Positions 1 to 12,193 of a DNA stretch of 64,000 bases are shown here, piece after piece. This DNA comes from an uncultured Gammaproteobacteria bacterium. GTDB taxonomy: Bacteria > Pseudomonadota > Gammaproteobacteria > DRLM01. The stretch's first letter is position 1, and each line of letters opens with the position of its first letter. Below the pieces are notes generated by a model. The model saw nothing but the letters and a program-made list of their open reading frames with translations. It ran no database searches and had not been told where the DNA came from. The stretch covers positions 448,001-512,000 of the forward strand of contig CAVSNY010000007.1 in NCBI GenBank assembly GCA_963729605.1. Direction: 5' to 3'. Made by a program: the position numbers and the translations under genes.

Positions 1-1708
1 GGAGCAGCTGATCGCCGGTGTTGATCAGCACGATCGAATCCACGTCGTACACCGCGGCCGGGGTGATCAGGGTGGTGGGATACTGGCTGGGGTCGAGTCG
101 GGGAATGAGCAAGCTGCGGAAATATTCGCCGCCTTTGCCCACGCCGCGCACGCCGCGGGTGGCGACGGGCAAGGCATCGTCGGCCAGGATGCGGATGCCG
201 AGTTCGAGGTCGTCTTGGAGATTGATTCGCAGCCAGCGGACCACGCCGATATTCCACTCGCTGGCCGGATTGTCGCCCTCGGTTTGAAAGCCCACCACTT
301 CTCCGACATTCAGGCCTAAATTATGGCCTTTGCCGCATTCGACGGCGATGCCGCCGGCGCTCTCGTCCTGCAATAGACAGAGGCTGTGGTCGAAGGTAGG
401 CGCGCTGTTCTGTTCGTATTCGTGCTGCAGTTGGGTGGAATACACCTTCACCCACACGTCGCGGCTGTTTTTGCCCTGCGGGCCGCTGAATTGCGAGGTG
501 CGCGGTTGCATGATGCCGGTGGTCAGCCGCTTGGATTTGTCCTCGCTCAACCAAGGCGCCTCGTCGGCGGAGGTGAGGGACAGGCCGCTGCCGCGACTGC
601 CGGCCCCGCCCTGGCGCAGTTCGATTTCATCGGCCTCGGGCGAGAATTGGGCGCCGACACCGCTGAAGTAATGGCAGGCGCTGATGCCGATGGTGATCTT
701 CACCGGCAGGCTGCGGCGCTTGCGTTCCGAGAGGCGTTCCGAACGCACGCCCCAGGCCTCGGCCAGGCGTTTGTACATATTGCGCAGCTTGCGGCCCATG
801 AGGGTGAGTTGGCCGGATTCGGTTTTGTTGCTGAAGGTGACTTCCTTGGCGCGCCGCTCCACCAGCGGAAGGATGTCGGAGATGTCCAGCCGGCGGCCGT
901 CCAGCGGGGGCGGCATATCGAAAGCGGCGGGGGCGTAACGGGGCGGCGCGTCCCTTTCGAGATCCACGAAGAGTTGGCCTTGCGCCGAGCTGCCCAGCGC
1001 CAGCGGCTGAATGCGGCAGGCCTTGGCCCACTCGTCCAGCTCGTGATAGATCTGCAAGGTTTCGCCCTGCATGAGGTGATAAGGGTTGGCGAGGGCCAGC
1101 AGCAGCAACCGGCGGTAGGCGTGGTCGATGGATGCGCCGCTGCCGTCCGCGGCGGGATCGACGGCGACGCTGTGAAAGCCTTGCTGTTCCGCGTAGCGGT
1201 AGAGTTGGTGGACTTCCAGCCAGAGCTTTTTGGGTTCCGGGGCATAAACGGCATACGACTCCGCCAGCAACCGGGCGAGGTGGTCCACGCTGTGATAGGC
1301 GGCGGCGATCAGGGCATGCTGTACCGCTTCGCTGGTCGGCGCCGCCGCCAGTTCCAGGAACGCGATCTTATAGGCGAACGCCATTTCCTTCAGCAGGGCT
1401 GAAACCAGTTCGGCCACCCCGCGCGGTTTTTCCGCCAAGGGGATGGGGGTGTTGTGATATTGCTTGTTCAGGGTATCCAGCAGCTCGGCGATGATGGGCC
1501 GCACTTGCTCGAGCAGGGCATAACGGTGATTGAGCGGCAGTGTGGCGCGATTGACCTGATACAACGCGGCCAGTAATTCGTGACCGGTCTTGTTGGCGTT
1601 GCCCAGAGGGAGGGCCGCCAGCCAGGTTTTCAGCCGCGCGGGATTGGCAAAGGCGGTGGCCGTCGGATTATGGGCTTGTTGAGGAATTTCCAGCCTTAAG
1701 TTATCCAT
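1..1708 (-). CDS. FimW-like cyclic-di-GMP receptor / PilZ-domain protein (3' end runs off the window)
   Basis: Absent from the ORF track because its stop lies outside the window. Manual translation from ATG 1708 gives MDNLRLEIPQ...ARLKTWLAALPLGN...RYALLEQVRP, and later the PilZ motifs RLSER (RxxxR) and DESAGG (DxSxxG). Confidence 0.7.
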   Translation of the reverse strand, partial: MDNLRLEIPQQAHNPTATAFANPARLKTWLAALPLGNANKTGHELLAALYQVNRATLPLNHRYALLEQVRPIIAELLDTLNKQYHNTPIPLAEKPRGVAELVSALLKEMAFAYKIAFLELAAAPTSEAVQHALIAAAYHSVDHLARLLAESYAVYAPEPKKLWLEVHQLYRYAEQQGFHSVAVDPAADGSGASIDHAYRRLLLLALANPYHLMQGETLQIYHELDEWAKACRIQPLALGSSAQGQLFVDLERDAPPRYAPAAFDMPPPLDGRRLDISDILPLVERRAKEVTFSNKTESGQLTLMGRKLRNMYKRLAEAWGVRSERLSERKRRSLPVKITIGISACHYFSGVGAQFSPEADEIELRQGGAGSRGSGLSLTSADEAPWLSEDKSKRLTTGIMQPRTSQFSGPQGKNSRDVWVKVYSTQLQHEYEQNSAPTFDHSLCLLQDESAGGIAVECGKGHNLGLNVGEVVGFQTEGDNPASEWNIGVVRWLRINLQDDLELGIRILADDALPVATRGVRGVGKGGEYFRSLLIPRLDPSQYPTTLITPAAVYDVDSIVLINTGDQLL

Positions 1709-1931
1709 ATTCGATTCGATGAGCACGGTTCCGGATTCGAGGAAGTGAGGTTTCCGCCACTTTAGTAGTATCGGACAGCTTTGTCAGTTATTAAGCGTTT
1801 GTCCAGTTGAGTCAAGGTGTTTTTGCCGGCAGAGGTCGGGTTTCGTGGGGTCAAAGATGATGTGTGGCATGGGGCGGATCGGATTGTCTCGCGTGGCGGC
1901 GCGGGAGCTGGTTTTTGACCGGAAATGATAA

Positions 1932-2005
<74 letters not shown>

Positions 2006-2065
2006 GGAAGGGTTGGAAGTATAACGCGCGGTGCGGGTCCCAGCCAGCACTCCAACCGGTATCGT

Positions 2066-2093
2066 AAAAAAAGAAGGGAGGCATGGCCTCCCT
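2066..2093 (-). terminator. Rho-independent terminator of rpoD
   Basis: AGGGAGGC-ATG-GCCTCCCT hairpin followed by a T-tract on the minus strand. Confidence 0.8.
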
Positions 2094-2116
2094 CGATTTG
2101 GGCAATAATGATTTTC

Positions 2117-3958
<1,842 letters not shown>

Positions 3959-4039
3959 TTTGTAATGTAACCCAGGTAAGTTGTAAAAATTAGCCGGTCA
4001 TTCTACATGACTGGCAGGGCCGCTGCGAATCCTTTCCCT

Positions 4040-5803
4040 TTAGGGAGAGGCGCTGGGTGAAGGTTCCCCGAAGGCCAAAAACTCGCGCTTTTCCTCGCCG
4101 CTTAGCCCTTCCCGTTGGCACTTGTCGTGCAAATACGCCCAGCGTTGTTCCCGTAGTTGACTATCCAGCCACCGCACTATGCCCAAAAACTCCGCCTCGT
4201 AACCGTCGGCCGGAATGGCTAAGTCGTCCATCGCAAGTTCGGTAAGCATTTGTTCCCGTTTGGTATTACGCCAATGTTCCAGTATCGCGCTTCCTGTTAA
4301 ATGGGGGGCGGCCTGCAGGAGTTCAAGGATATTTATCCACAGACTTATCCCACGGGTGGTCAATTCGCGCCAGCGTTGAGGGTTGCCGGCATGCGACGCT
4401 AAGTGAGGGGCATGTAGCAGGAGGCTGATGCCCAGTCGTAACGGCGTCAGGCCGCTGCGGGGTGGGCGTGCCGGGCGGGGTGTTGTCGAATGGGCGGAAG
4501 CGGTGACGGGCGCAGCGTGACCCGCCAGCATCCGGCTGAGGGTGTTGATGTCGATGCGAGTCAGTTCGGCCAATTTGGCGATCATCATATGCCGTAATGC
4601 TCCGGCGCTTAATTTTGAGAGTATGGGCTTGGCCAATTCCACGAGGCGGGCCCGGCCTTCCATGCTGTTTATGTCGGTCTGTTTAAGGAGACCTTCATAA
4701 TAAAATATTGAAATTGGGACGGATTGCGCAATGCGTTGCTCGAATTGCTCACGGCCTTCGCGACGAACCAAGGAGTCGGGATCGTCGCCCTCGGGCAGAA
4801 AGATCACCCGGGCCTGACGCCCGTCGCGCAGATTGGGCAGGGTGTGTTCGACGGCGCGCCACGCCGCTTCACGGCCGGCCCGGTCGCCATCGAAGCAGAA
4901 GATCAGTTCCGGCGTGGCGCGGAATAGGCGTTCCACATGTTCAGGCGTAGTGGCGGTGCCGAGGGTGGCGACGGCGTAACGAATGCCGTTTTGGGCCAAG
5001 GCCACCACGTCCATATACCCTTCTACCACCAGCAGCCGTTCGATGCGGCGCAGGGCCTGCTGGGCCTCGTAAAGGCCGTAGAGTTCCTGGCCTTTGTGGA
5101 AGACCGGTGTTTCCGGGGAGTTGAGGTACTTGGGGGTGCCGTCTTTGTCCAGCACCCGGCCGCCAAAACCAATGACCCGGCCGCGGCGGTCGCGGATCGG
5201 GAACATGATGCGATTGCGGAAGCGGTCGTAATAACCGCCCTGATCTTTTTTGATGAGCAGGCCGGCCTCCAGCAAGCTTTGCTGGGCCTGGCCGGTTTTG
5301 CCGAGAGTTTGCAGCGCGGTATCCCAGCCCGGCGGCGCGTAGCCGATGGCGAACTCGGCGGCGATGGTGCCGGTGAGGCCGCGTTGTTTGAGGTAGTCCA
5401 CCGCGACCGGGTGCTCGCGCAGTTGGTCGCGGTAGAGGCGTGCGGCTTGCTCCAGGAGGTCATAAATCTCGGTGTTGGGCGCGGCGGGCGCCGCGTCCGG
5501 GCCGGATTGAGGGATTTCCAGTCCGACTTTGTGAGCCAGTTCGCGGACCGCTTCGATGAAGTCCAGGTGTTCATATTCCATCAAAAAGCTGATGGCCGTG
5601 CCGTGGGCCTGGCAGCCGAAGCAATGATAGAACTGCTTGGTGGGGCTGACGGTGAACGAGGGGGATTTCTCTTCGTGAAAGGGGCAGCGGGCGGTGTAGT
5701 CGCGGCCGGTTTTGCGCAAGGGCACCCGCGCATCGATCACCTCGACGATGTCGACGCGGCTGATTAATTCGTCAATGAACTGCTGAGGGATGCGGCCGGC
5801 CAT
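4040..5803 (-). CDS. dnaG: DNA primase
   Basis: Zn finger CPFHEEKSPSF...CFGC, KYLNSPET, EGYMDV, FDGD Toprim motifs. Confidence 0.99.
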   Translation of the reverse strand: MAGRIPQQFIDELISRVDIVEVIDARVPLRKTGRDYTARCPFHEEKSPSFTVSPTKQFYHCFGCQAHGTAISFLMEYEHLDFIEAVRELAHKVGLEIPQSGPDAAPAAPNTEIYDLLEQAARLYRDQLREHPVAVDYLKQRGLTGTIAAEFAIGYAPPGWDTALQTLGKTGQAQQSLLEAGLLIKKDQGGYYDRFRNRIMFPIRDRRGRVIGFGGRVLDKDGTPKYLNSPETPVFHKGQELYGLYEAQQALRRIERLLVVEGYMDVVALAQNGIRYAVATLGTATTPEHVERLFRATPELIFCFDGDRAGREAAWRAVEHTLPNLRDGRQARVIFLPEGDDPDSLVRREGREQFEQRIAQSVPISIFYYEGLLKQTDINSMEGRARLVELAKPILSKLSAGALRHMMIAKLAELTRIDINTLSRMLAGHAAPVTASAHSTTPRPARPPRSGLTPLRLGISLLLHAPHLASHAGNPQRWRELTTRGISLWINILELLQAAPHLTGSAILEHWRNTKREQMLTELAMDDLAIPADGYEAEFLGIVRWLDSQLREQRWAYLHDKCQREGLSGEEKREFLAFGEPSPSASP

Positions 5804-5855
5804 GGGGAGGATTGTATGCCGATTCCCAACGGGACGTCAGCGGGGCCGGAATGAT

Positions 5856-6320
5856 TTATGCTGAAGCCAGGGCGTCTTTGACTTTGCGGCTGGCGAGGCC
5901 CATGTCGGCGCGACCTTGGAGTTGCGGTTTGAGCGCGGCCATGACTTTGCCGACGTCTTGCGGGCCGGCGGCGCCGCTGGCGGCGATGGCGGTGCGGATC
6001 AGGGCGTCCAGCTCCGCCTCGCCGAGGGCGGCGGGCAAATAAGCTTGGATGACCCGGATCTCGGCGGCTTCGATGTCCGCCAATTCCTGGCGGCCGGCGG
6101 CCTCGTATTGCGTGATGGAGTCGCGCCGCTGTTTGGTCATTTTATCCAACACGGCGATGATCTGCGCGTCGTCGAGGGTGATGCGTTCGTCGATCTCGCG
6201 TTGTTTGATCGCGGCCAACATGAGGCGCACCGTGCCGAGCCGCTCTTTGTCTTTGGCGCGCATGGCGGACTTCATGTCCTCTTCAAGGCGCTGGCGCAGT
6301 CCGGGTTGTGTGGCGCTCAT
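5856..6320 (-). CDS. GatB/YqeY domain protein
   Basis: DMKSAMRAKDKERL...KQRRDSITQY...GRADM; usual position between rpsU and dnaG. Confidence 0.95.
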   Translation of the reverse strand: MSATQPGLRQRLEEDMKSAMRAKDKERLGTVRLMLAAIKQREIDERITLDDAQIIAVLDKMTKQRRDSITQYEAAGRQELADIEAAEIRVIQAYLPAALGEAELDALIRTAIAASGAAGPQDVGKVMAALKPQLQGRADMGLASRKVKDALASA

Positions 6321-6351
6321 GTTGGTCGTTCCGGATCGGGGCTGCGGGAAA

Positions 6352-6567
6352 TCAGTAGAGGCGCACCCGGTTCACGCGATCGCGCTGGGATTTTTTGAGG
6401 TGGCGTTTCACCGCGGCGGCGGCTTTGCGTTTGCGGACGGAGGTGGGTTTTTCGTAGAACTCGCGGCGGCGGGTTTCGGTGAGGACCCCGGCCTTTTCGC
6501 AAGTGCGTTTGAAACGACGCAGGGCGACTTCAAACGGTTCGTTTTCGCGTAATTTTACAGCGGGCAT
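6352..6567 (-). CDS. rpsU: 30S ribosomal protein S21
   Basis: [27 protein letters not shown]...REFYEKPT; start reassigned to ATG 6567. Confidence 0.98.
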   Translation of the reverse strand: MPAVKLRENEPFEVALRRFKRTCEKAGVLTETRRREFYEKPTSVRKRKAAAAVKRHLKKSQRDRVNRVRLY

Positions 6568-6620
6568 ATCGATGTGTTCCCTTGATCTCGGCGGTGCCGA
6601 ATAAGCCAAAGCGCGACAGT

Positions 6621-7412
6621 TTAGCCGGACGCGCCGTGCGCTTCAAGCCCCGCGGGGGGTTGGAGTGTGGTTGTCGCGCACACCGGGCAATGGGGGTCGG
6701 CTTTGAACCGGGTGCTGCGAAACTCCATGTCGCGGGCGTCCACCCGCAGCAGGCGGCCCCACAGCGAGTCGTTCAGCCCGAGGAGAATTTTGAGGGCTTC
6801 GGCGGCTTGGATGCTGCCGATGATGCCTACCAGCGGGGCGAAGACGCCGCTTTGGGCGCAATTTTCTTGGTTGTCGCCTTGGTCCGGGTAGAGGCAATGA
6901 TAACAAGGCGAAGGAGATTTGTCGGCTCTAAAAACAGTCACTTGTCCTTGAGTGCGGAGGGCGGAGCCGGAGACCAGCGGTTTGCGCGCGGCGATGCAGG
7001 CGGCATTGAGGGCGTAGCGGGTGGCGAAGTTGTCGCTGGCGTCGAGCACGACATCCGCTTGTCTTGCTTCGTTAACCAATTCCGCGGCCTCGAGTTTGCG
7101 GGGCAGGGCGATTAACTTTATTTCCGGGTTGAGTGCGGCGAGTGTGGCGCGGGCGGATTCGGTTTTAGGGCGGCCGATGTCGGGGGTGGTGTGGAGGAGT
7201 TGCCGCTGCAGATTGCTGAGTTCGACATGGTCATGATCACAAATGACCAGGGTGCCGACGCCGCTGGCCGCTAGATACATGCTTATCGGTGAACCCAGTC
7301 CGCCCAGACCCACTACCAATGCCCGTGATCGTAGCAAGGTCTCCTGACCCGCCGTATCGATCTCGGAGAGCAAAAGATGGCGGCTGTAGCGGCTGAGTTG
7401 GTCGTCGTTCAT
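6621..7412 (-). CDS. moeB: Molybdopterin synthase sulfurylase, MoeB/ThiF family
   Basis: RYSRH, GLGGLG, SNLQRQ, DNFATR, CYHC and CPVC Zn motifs. Confidence 0.85.
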   Translation of the reverse strand: MNDDQLSRYSRHLLLSEIDTAGQETLLRSRALVVGLGGLGSPISMYLAASGVGTLVICDHDHVELSNLQRQLLHTTPDIGRPKTESARATLAALNPEIKLIALPRKLEAAELVNEARQADVVLDASDNFATRYALNAACIAARKPLVSGSALRTQGQVTVFRADKSPSPCYHCLYPDQGDNQENCAQSGVFAPLVGIIGSIQAAEALKILLGLNDSLWGRLLRVDARDMEFRSTRFKADPHCPVCATTTLQPPAGLEAHGASG

Positions 7413-7421
7413 CTGACCGCG

Positions 7422-8372
7422 TTATTCGCCTGCTGAATAGGCGTAGACCTCCGCTTGCGGGGTGCGGCCGTCATCCGCCCAGCCGCCGATGAGATAAATG
7501 GTGTTGTCGAGGGTAGCGACCCCCATGGCGGCGCGCGGCATGGGCATGTCGGCGATGCGCTGCCAGGTGTTGCTGCGTGAATCGAAACGGGCGGCGCGGT
7601 TGTGGATGTTGTCGGTGCTATAGCCGCCGAATATATAAATAGTCTCGTTCAACGTGCATGCCCCGAGGCCTGCCGCCGGCCAGGGAAGAGTATAACGTTC
7701 GTCGTTGTGCCAGCGGTTTTGTTGAGGATCGTAGCGTTCCACCAAGGTGAAATTGTTGAATCCCTCCGGGGTAAAGGCCACGCCGCCCAGGGTGAGGATG
7801 GCGCCGTCCGCGACCACGGCCGCGAGGGCGAAACGGGGTTGAATGAGTGGCGCGATTTCTTCCCATTGGCCCGTAGCGAGGTTGAGCCGTTCGCAGAAGT
7901 CGAAGCCGGGGTCGGTTTTAGGCCCGGCCTTGGTGGCGTCCGGATGGTGGCCGCCGAGTACGTAGAGGGCGCCGTCGAGCTGGGCGACCGCCGGGTAATC
8001 GTGCGGCATTAATAAATCGGGTCCGGTTTCCCAAGTGTCACGTTCGGGGTAATAAATTTCCACCGTGGTGAGGAATTTGAATTGCCCGTTAGATTGTTTG
8101 AACCCCCCGCCCATTACATAAATGCGATCGCCCACCAGGGCGGTGACCGAGCCGGAACGGTAGGTGGGCATGTCCGCGCGCCGTTCCCACTGATTGGTCA
8201 CGGGGTCATAGGCATATACGGTATTTTTGCTAGCGAACTGGGGGCCGCCGCCGCCGAATACGTATATTTTACCGCCATAAGTTGCGGGAGGGGTGTGTGA
8301 GCGCGCGTCCGCAAGCGGGCTTTTAACCACCCAAGTATTGGGTTTTAATTTGGGTGTTTCGGTTATATTCAT
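7422..8372 (-). CDS. Kelch-repeat beta-propeller protein, no signal peptide
   Basis: Six (I/L)Y(V/I)xGG...Y(D)P...W Kelch-type repeats. Confidence 0.9.
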   Translation of the reverse strand: MNITETPKLKPNTWVVKSPLADARSHTPPATYGGKIYVFGGGGPQFASKNTVYAYDPVTNQWERRADMPTYRSGSVTALVGDRIYVMGGGFKQSNGQFKFLTTVEIYYPERDTWETGPDLLMPHDYPAVAQLDGALYVLGGHHPDATKAGPKTDPGFDFCERLNLATGQWEEIAPLIQPRFALAAVVADGAILTLGGVAFTPEGFNNFTLVERYDPQQNRWHNDERYTLPWPAAGLGACTLNETIYIFGGYSTDNIHNRAARFDSRSNTWQRIADMPMPRAAMGVATLDNTIYLIGGWADDGRTPQAEVYAYSAGE

Positions 8373-9036
8373 TGCGTTAATATTCTATTTAATGTAGCGG
8401 TTAAGTGTACGCCGTGCCTTGAGATGGCGCGAGTGTCTTTACTTATCGAGCGAATTTTGCCAGTATAAATCCCAGAGTCGGGACCGCAAAGACTTTAAAT
8501 CGATTTGATAACGATGATGACATAGGCGGGGGGAATTTCCGTCAATAGCGAGAGTGCTGGAATAATGGCCGCGGGGGAGCGGTTGTTATTTATCGCGTAA
8601 TGTTTGTCGGGTTACCATTGGGCGTGCTTAAGGTTGGGCTCTGCTCGCCGATAAGAAGCCTAGATAGGCGATTTTCCCGTATCTGGGAAATCTTCAATAA
8701 GGATATGTCAGGTTGATCGCAAGGATAAGCCGGGCATTAGTCATATTTGCCCGTATGCGTGATACTCGGTTTGCGGCGCGACTCTAGGAGTGTGGTCATT
8801 ATCCTGTATAAGGCGCGCCCATGATGATTAGATTGTTTTGGTCTTCCGTTGGAGTCATGGATTGGACTTAGATTAGGTGGTGTCTTGAGGTGTGTCGACC
8901 CGAGAGAATTTAGGTGGCTGGCTCGTGTCATAGGAATTGGAGAGCTGGTAGCCGGGCGGCGCTAACTTAGGCTGGGTTGTAGAGATTATTACGGTGTATC
9001 GACCCGAATATAAACGATAACATCAGAGGCAGGCCC

Positions 9037-10158
9037 ATGCTTTATAATGAATCGCTGTATCAAGAGCTTTCGTCGTCTGAGTCCAAGCCCGGCGTCGTAT
9101 CGAATTCTTCACCTGTTGCTCACGGCAACTTGAATCCCTCCCCGCTTCCTCCGCTACAAGATCAATTTGGCCGTACGTTTGATTACGTGCGCATCGCGGT
9201 TACCGAGAAATGTAATCTGCGCTGTACCTATTGCATGCCCGAGGAAGGGGTCGATTTCAAAAAAGGCGACCAGATTCTTCAAGCTGACGAAATTATCCGC
9301 ACCATTGGTGTCTTGGCGCGCATGGGGATTAAAAAAGTCCGCTTTACAGGCGGCGAACCCTTGGTGCGCAAAGACATTGTGAAGCTGGTGGAGGGGGCGG
9401 CAGGGACGCCCGGTATTAAAACGGTGCATTTGACGACCAACGGTATTCTGTTCAGTCGTTACGCCAAAGATCTGTTGGCCGCTGGTTTGACCGGCGTCAA
9501 CATCAGCCTGGATAGTTTGGATGGCGACAAGTTTCAGCGCATCACGCGTCGCACCGGCGTAGAAAAAGTATTGGATAGCATTCGGCTGGCTTTGGACCTT
9601 GGGTTTCCGCGGGTGAAAGTCAACGTGGTGCTGATGCGCGGTTTCAATGAAGACGAATTGCCGGCGTTCTGCGAACTCACAAAAGATCTGGCGGTGACCG
9701 TCCGCTTCATCGAATTTATGCCGTTTGATGCCCATCAGATTTGGGAGACCGGCGAGCACTTCGCCAGTGCCGAAAACATGGTCAATCAAATGAAGAGTCT
9801 GTATCCCGGCATCATGGATTCATCCGGTACCCGTACCGAGCATCACATTTTCCAGGCACCGGGATACGCCGGTAAGATGGCGGTGATTCCCGCCTTCACC
9901 CGCAGTCTTTGCGGCAACTGTTCGCGTATCCGCCTTACGGCCGACGGCAGGATTCGTAATTGCCTGTATTCGGACGACGAGTACGACTTGAAAACCCCGT
10001 TGCGTGCAGGTGGTAGCGATGATGATCTCGCCGCGGTGTTTCGCACCGCTTTTGCCGAGAAAGCGAAAGACGGCTTTGAGGCGAAGAAGCGTTCTGCGGT
10101 GAAGCGGGTTAATGTTGCCGACATTGGTCGCGTGAGTATGACGCAGATCGGCGGATAA
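9037..10158 (+). CDS. moaA: GTP 3',8-cyclase (radical SAM)
   Basis: CNLRCTYC, TGGEP, C-terminal CGNCSRIRLTADG..RNCL, terminal IGG. Confidence 0.97.
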   Translation: MLYNESLYQELSSSESKPGVVSNSSPVAHGNLNPSPLPPLQDQFGRTFDYVRIAVTEKCNLRCTYCMPEEGVDFKKGDQILQADEIIRTIGVLARMGIKKVRFTGGEPLVRKDIVKLVEGAAGTPGIKTVHLTTNGILFSRYAKDLLAAGLTGVNISLDSLDGDKFQRITRRTGVEKVLDSIRLALDLGFPRVKVNVVLMRGFNEDELPAFCELTKDLAVTVRFIEFMPFDAHQIWETGEHFASAENMVNQMKSLYPGIMDSSGTRTEHHIFQAPGYAGKMAVIPAFTRSLCGNCSRIRLTADGRIRNCLYSDDEYDLKTPLRAGGSDDDLAAVFRTAFAEKAKDGFEAKKRSAVKRVNVADIGRVSMTQIGG

Positions 10159-10258
10159 TATTTTTTGAATGATGCCCGGGCGTGTACGTTTCGGGGAGTA
10201 TGAAACACGTGGCGCATGCTGATCGGCCTGCGCCACATTGATGTGGGCGAAATGGATT

Positions 10259-10741
10259 ATGGACGGCAAACTAACGCATTTTAACGCCAGTGGTGACGCC
10301 CATATGGTGGATGTGGGTACGAAAAGCGTGACCCAGCGCGAGGCGGTGGCGGAAGGGCGTATTTTTATGGCGCCGAGCACCTTGGAGCTGATTCTGCAGG
10401 GCGGCCACAAAAAGGGGGATGTGCTGGGTATCGCGCGAGTGGCCGGTATCATGGGCGCGAAAAAGACCCCCGAGCTGATTCCTCTTTCGCATCCCATCAG
10501 CATCACCGCCGTCGATCTGGATTTGACCGCCGAGCCGGAACAAAACGCCGTGTATTGTAAAGCGGCGGTGCGTTGCGTGGGGCAGACCGGCGTCGAGATG
10601 GAGGCGCTGACCGCGGTGCAGGTCGCGCTTCTAACTATTTATGATATGTGTAAAGCGGTCGATCGCGGCATGGTGATGCAGGGCATCGGTTTATTATCCA
10701 AATCCGGTGGCAAGTCTGGCACCTGGCGCCGATCCGCTTAA
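10259..10741 (+). CDS. moaC: Cyclic pyranopterin monophosphate synthase
   Basis: LTHF...[44 protein letters not shown]. Confidence 0.97.
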   Translation: MDGKLTHFNASGDAHMVDVGTKSVTQREAVAEGRIFMAPSTLELILQGGHKKGDVLGIARVAGIMGAKKTPELIPLSHPISITAVDLDLTAEPEQNAVYCKAAVRCVGQTGVEMEALTAVQVALLTIYDMCKAVDRGMVMQGIGLLSKSGGKSGTWRRSA

Positions 10742-10759
10742 GCACGATAGGGGTATGGC

Positions 10760-10996
10760 ATGAATGTTACCGTGAGATATTTCGCGAATATGCGTGATCG
10801 CATGGGGCGGGCTGAAGATTCCGTGTCTGTGGATGACGAGACCATCACGGTAGAGGAGTTGTGGGGTCGTGTGTCGCCGCAGCAAACGTTGCCCGCCAAT
10901 GTGCTGATCGCCGTCAACATGGAATATACCGATGCGTCCCGCGCGCTTAAAAATGGCGACGAGGTTGCGTTTTTTCCGCCCGTGACGGGAGGCTGA
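10760..10996 (+). CDS. moaD: Molybdopterin synthase sulfur carrier
   Basis: VRYFA, AVNMEY, GDEVAFFPPVTGG C-terminus. Confidence 0.96.
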   Translation: MNVTVRYFANMRDRMGRAEDSVSVDDETITVEELWGRVSPQQTLPANVLIAVNMEYTDASRALKNGDEVAFFPPVTGG

Positions 10997-10998
10997 TC

Positions 10999-11472
10999 GT
11001 GAAAGTCATCGTGCAAGAAGGGTTGTTCGATCCCTATCAAGTGACCCGTGATTATGAAACGCAGCACTTGCCGGTGGGCAAGCACGGCGCGGTCGTGACC
11101 TTTGTGGGCACCATGCGTGATTTCAATGATGGCCACAATGTGTCGGCGATGTTTCTTGAGCACTATCCGGGTATGACGGAGCGTCACATCGAGGCGGTGT
11201 GCCAGGAAGCGGCTGAAAAGTGGGATGTGATTGACTCCCTGGTGCTGCATCGCCACGGTGACATTTCCGTGAGTGAGCCCATCGTGCTGGTCGCGGTATG
11301 GTCGGCGCATCGCGCCCATGCCTTTGACGCCTGCCGTTACATCATCAACTACCTCAAAGAACGCGCGCCCTTTTGGAAACGCGAAGCCACTGCGCAAGGG
11401 CAGCGCTGGGTCGAGCACAATACCGAAGACCCGGGAGTCAATTCGCAGGGAACTAAGCAAAAAACGGCCTGA
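10999..11472 (+). CDS. moaE: Molybdopterin synthase catalytic subunit
   Basis: GAVVTFVG, LEHYPGM, HR, SAHR, LKERAPFWKRE. Confidence 0.96.
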   Translation: MKVIVQEGLFDPYQVTRDYETQHLPVGKHGAVVTFVGTMRDFNDGHNVSAMFLEHYPGMTERHIEAVCQEAAEKWDVIDSLVLHRHGDISVSEPIVLVAVWSAHRAHAFDACRYIINYLKERAPFWKREATAQGQRWVEHNTEDPGVNSQGTKQKTA

Positions 11473-11717
11473 TGTATTAGCGTTGGTCGTCATCAAGGGC
11501 TGTGTCTCCGGTTGGATCCGTGGATACGGCCCTTTGCTTTTATGGGGTGTGCCGACGCGGATGTGCGGGCGTCGATTTTTTTGTGGTGTTGTTGCCTTTA
11601 TGGGTTTCTCCCGGTTGATGTGTCGGATTATAGTTTGCAGAGCGGGGTGTGCGAGCGCTCTGACAAGGAGCTGCGTCGTGTCGCGGGTTGTTGATTTCCG
11701 GGAGCGGGAGAGAGTGT

Positions 11718-12179
11718 ATGAGTGATTTGGTGCGTTTCGGAGTATCCATTGAGGGCGAGTTGCTCGAGCGTTTTGATGAGCAGATACGTGAGAAGGGTTA
11801 TACCAATCGCTCCGAGGCGATCAGGGATTTAATCCGAGATCGCATTGTCAAGGAAGAGTGGGGCAGTGATGAAGAAACCGTGGGTACGATCACCATTGTA
11901 TACGATCATCACACCCGCGAATTGATGGGGCACCTGACCCACTTGCAGCATTCTTTCGAAGGCGAGATAAAATCCGTCCTGCATATTCATCTCGATCACC
12001 ATAATTGTCTTGAGGTGCTGGTAGTGCAGGGCAAAGGCCATTTGTTGAAGGCCTTCGCGGATAAGTTATCGAGCACACGGGGCGTTAAACATGGCACATT
12101 GGCAATGGCGACCACCGGTAAATTGATTCCGACCAAAAGTGGTCATCATGGGCATGATCATTCGGGGACGCATGAGTGA
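11718..12179 (+). CDS. nikR: Nickel-responsive regulator NikR with His-rich tail
   Basis: RFGVS ribbon, GYTNRSEAIRDLIR, YDHH, LQH...HIHLDHHNCLE Ni ligands. Confidence 0.95.
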   Translation: MSDLVRFGVSIEGELLERFDEQIREKGYTNRSEAIRDLIRDRIVKEEWGSDEETVGTITIVYDHHTRELMGHLTHLQHSFEGEIKSVLHIHLDHHNCLEVLVVQGKGHLLKAFADKLSSTRGVKHGTLAMATTGKLIPTKSGHHGHDHSGTHE

Positions 12180-12193
12180 GACGGGAGTGACTG

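Noticed and set aside
8861-8871. 11-bp match ATTGGACTTAG to the palindrome upstream of ccp (39737-39747)
   Set aside because: Short, only part of the palindrome is retained, and plausible by chance in AT-rich spacers.
8373-9036. Moco riboswitch or c-di-GMP-I riboswitch upstream of moaA (GGGACCGCAAAG near 8480)
   Set aside because: Could not find the conserved stems or GAAA tetraloop of either motif; needs an Rfam scan.
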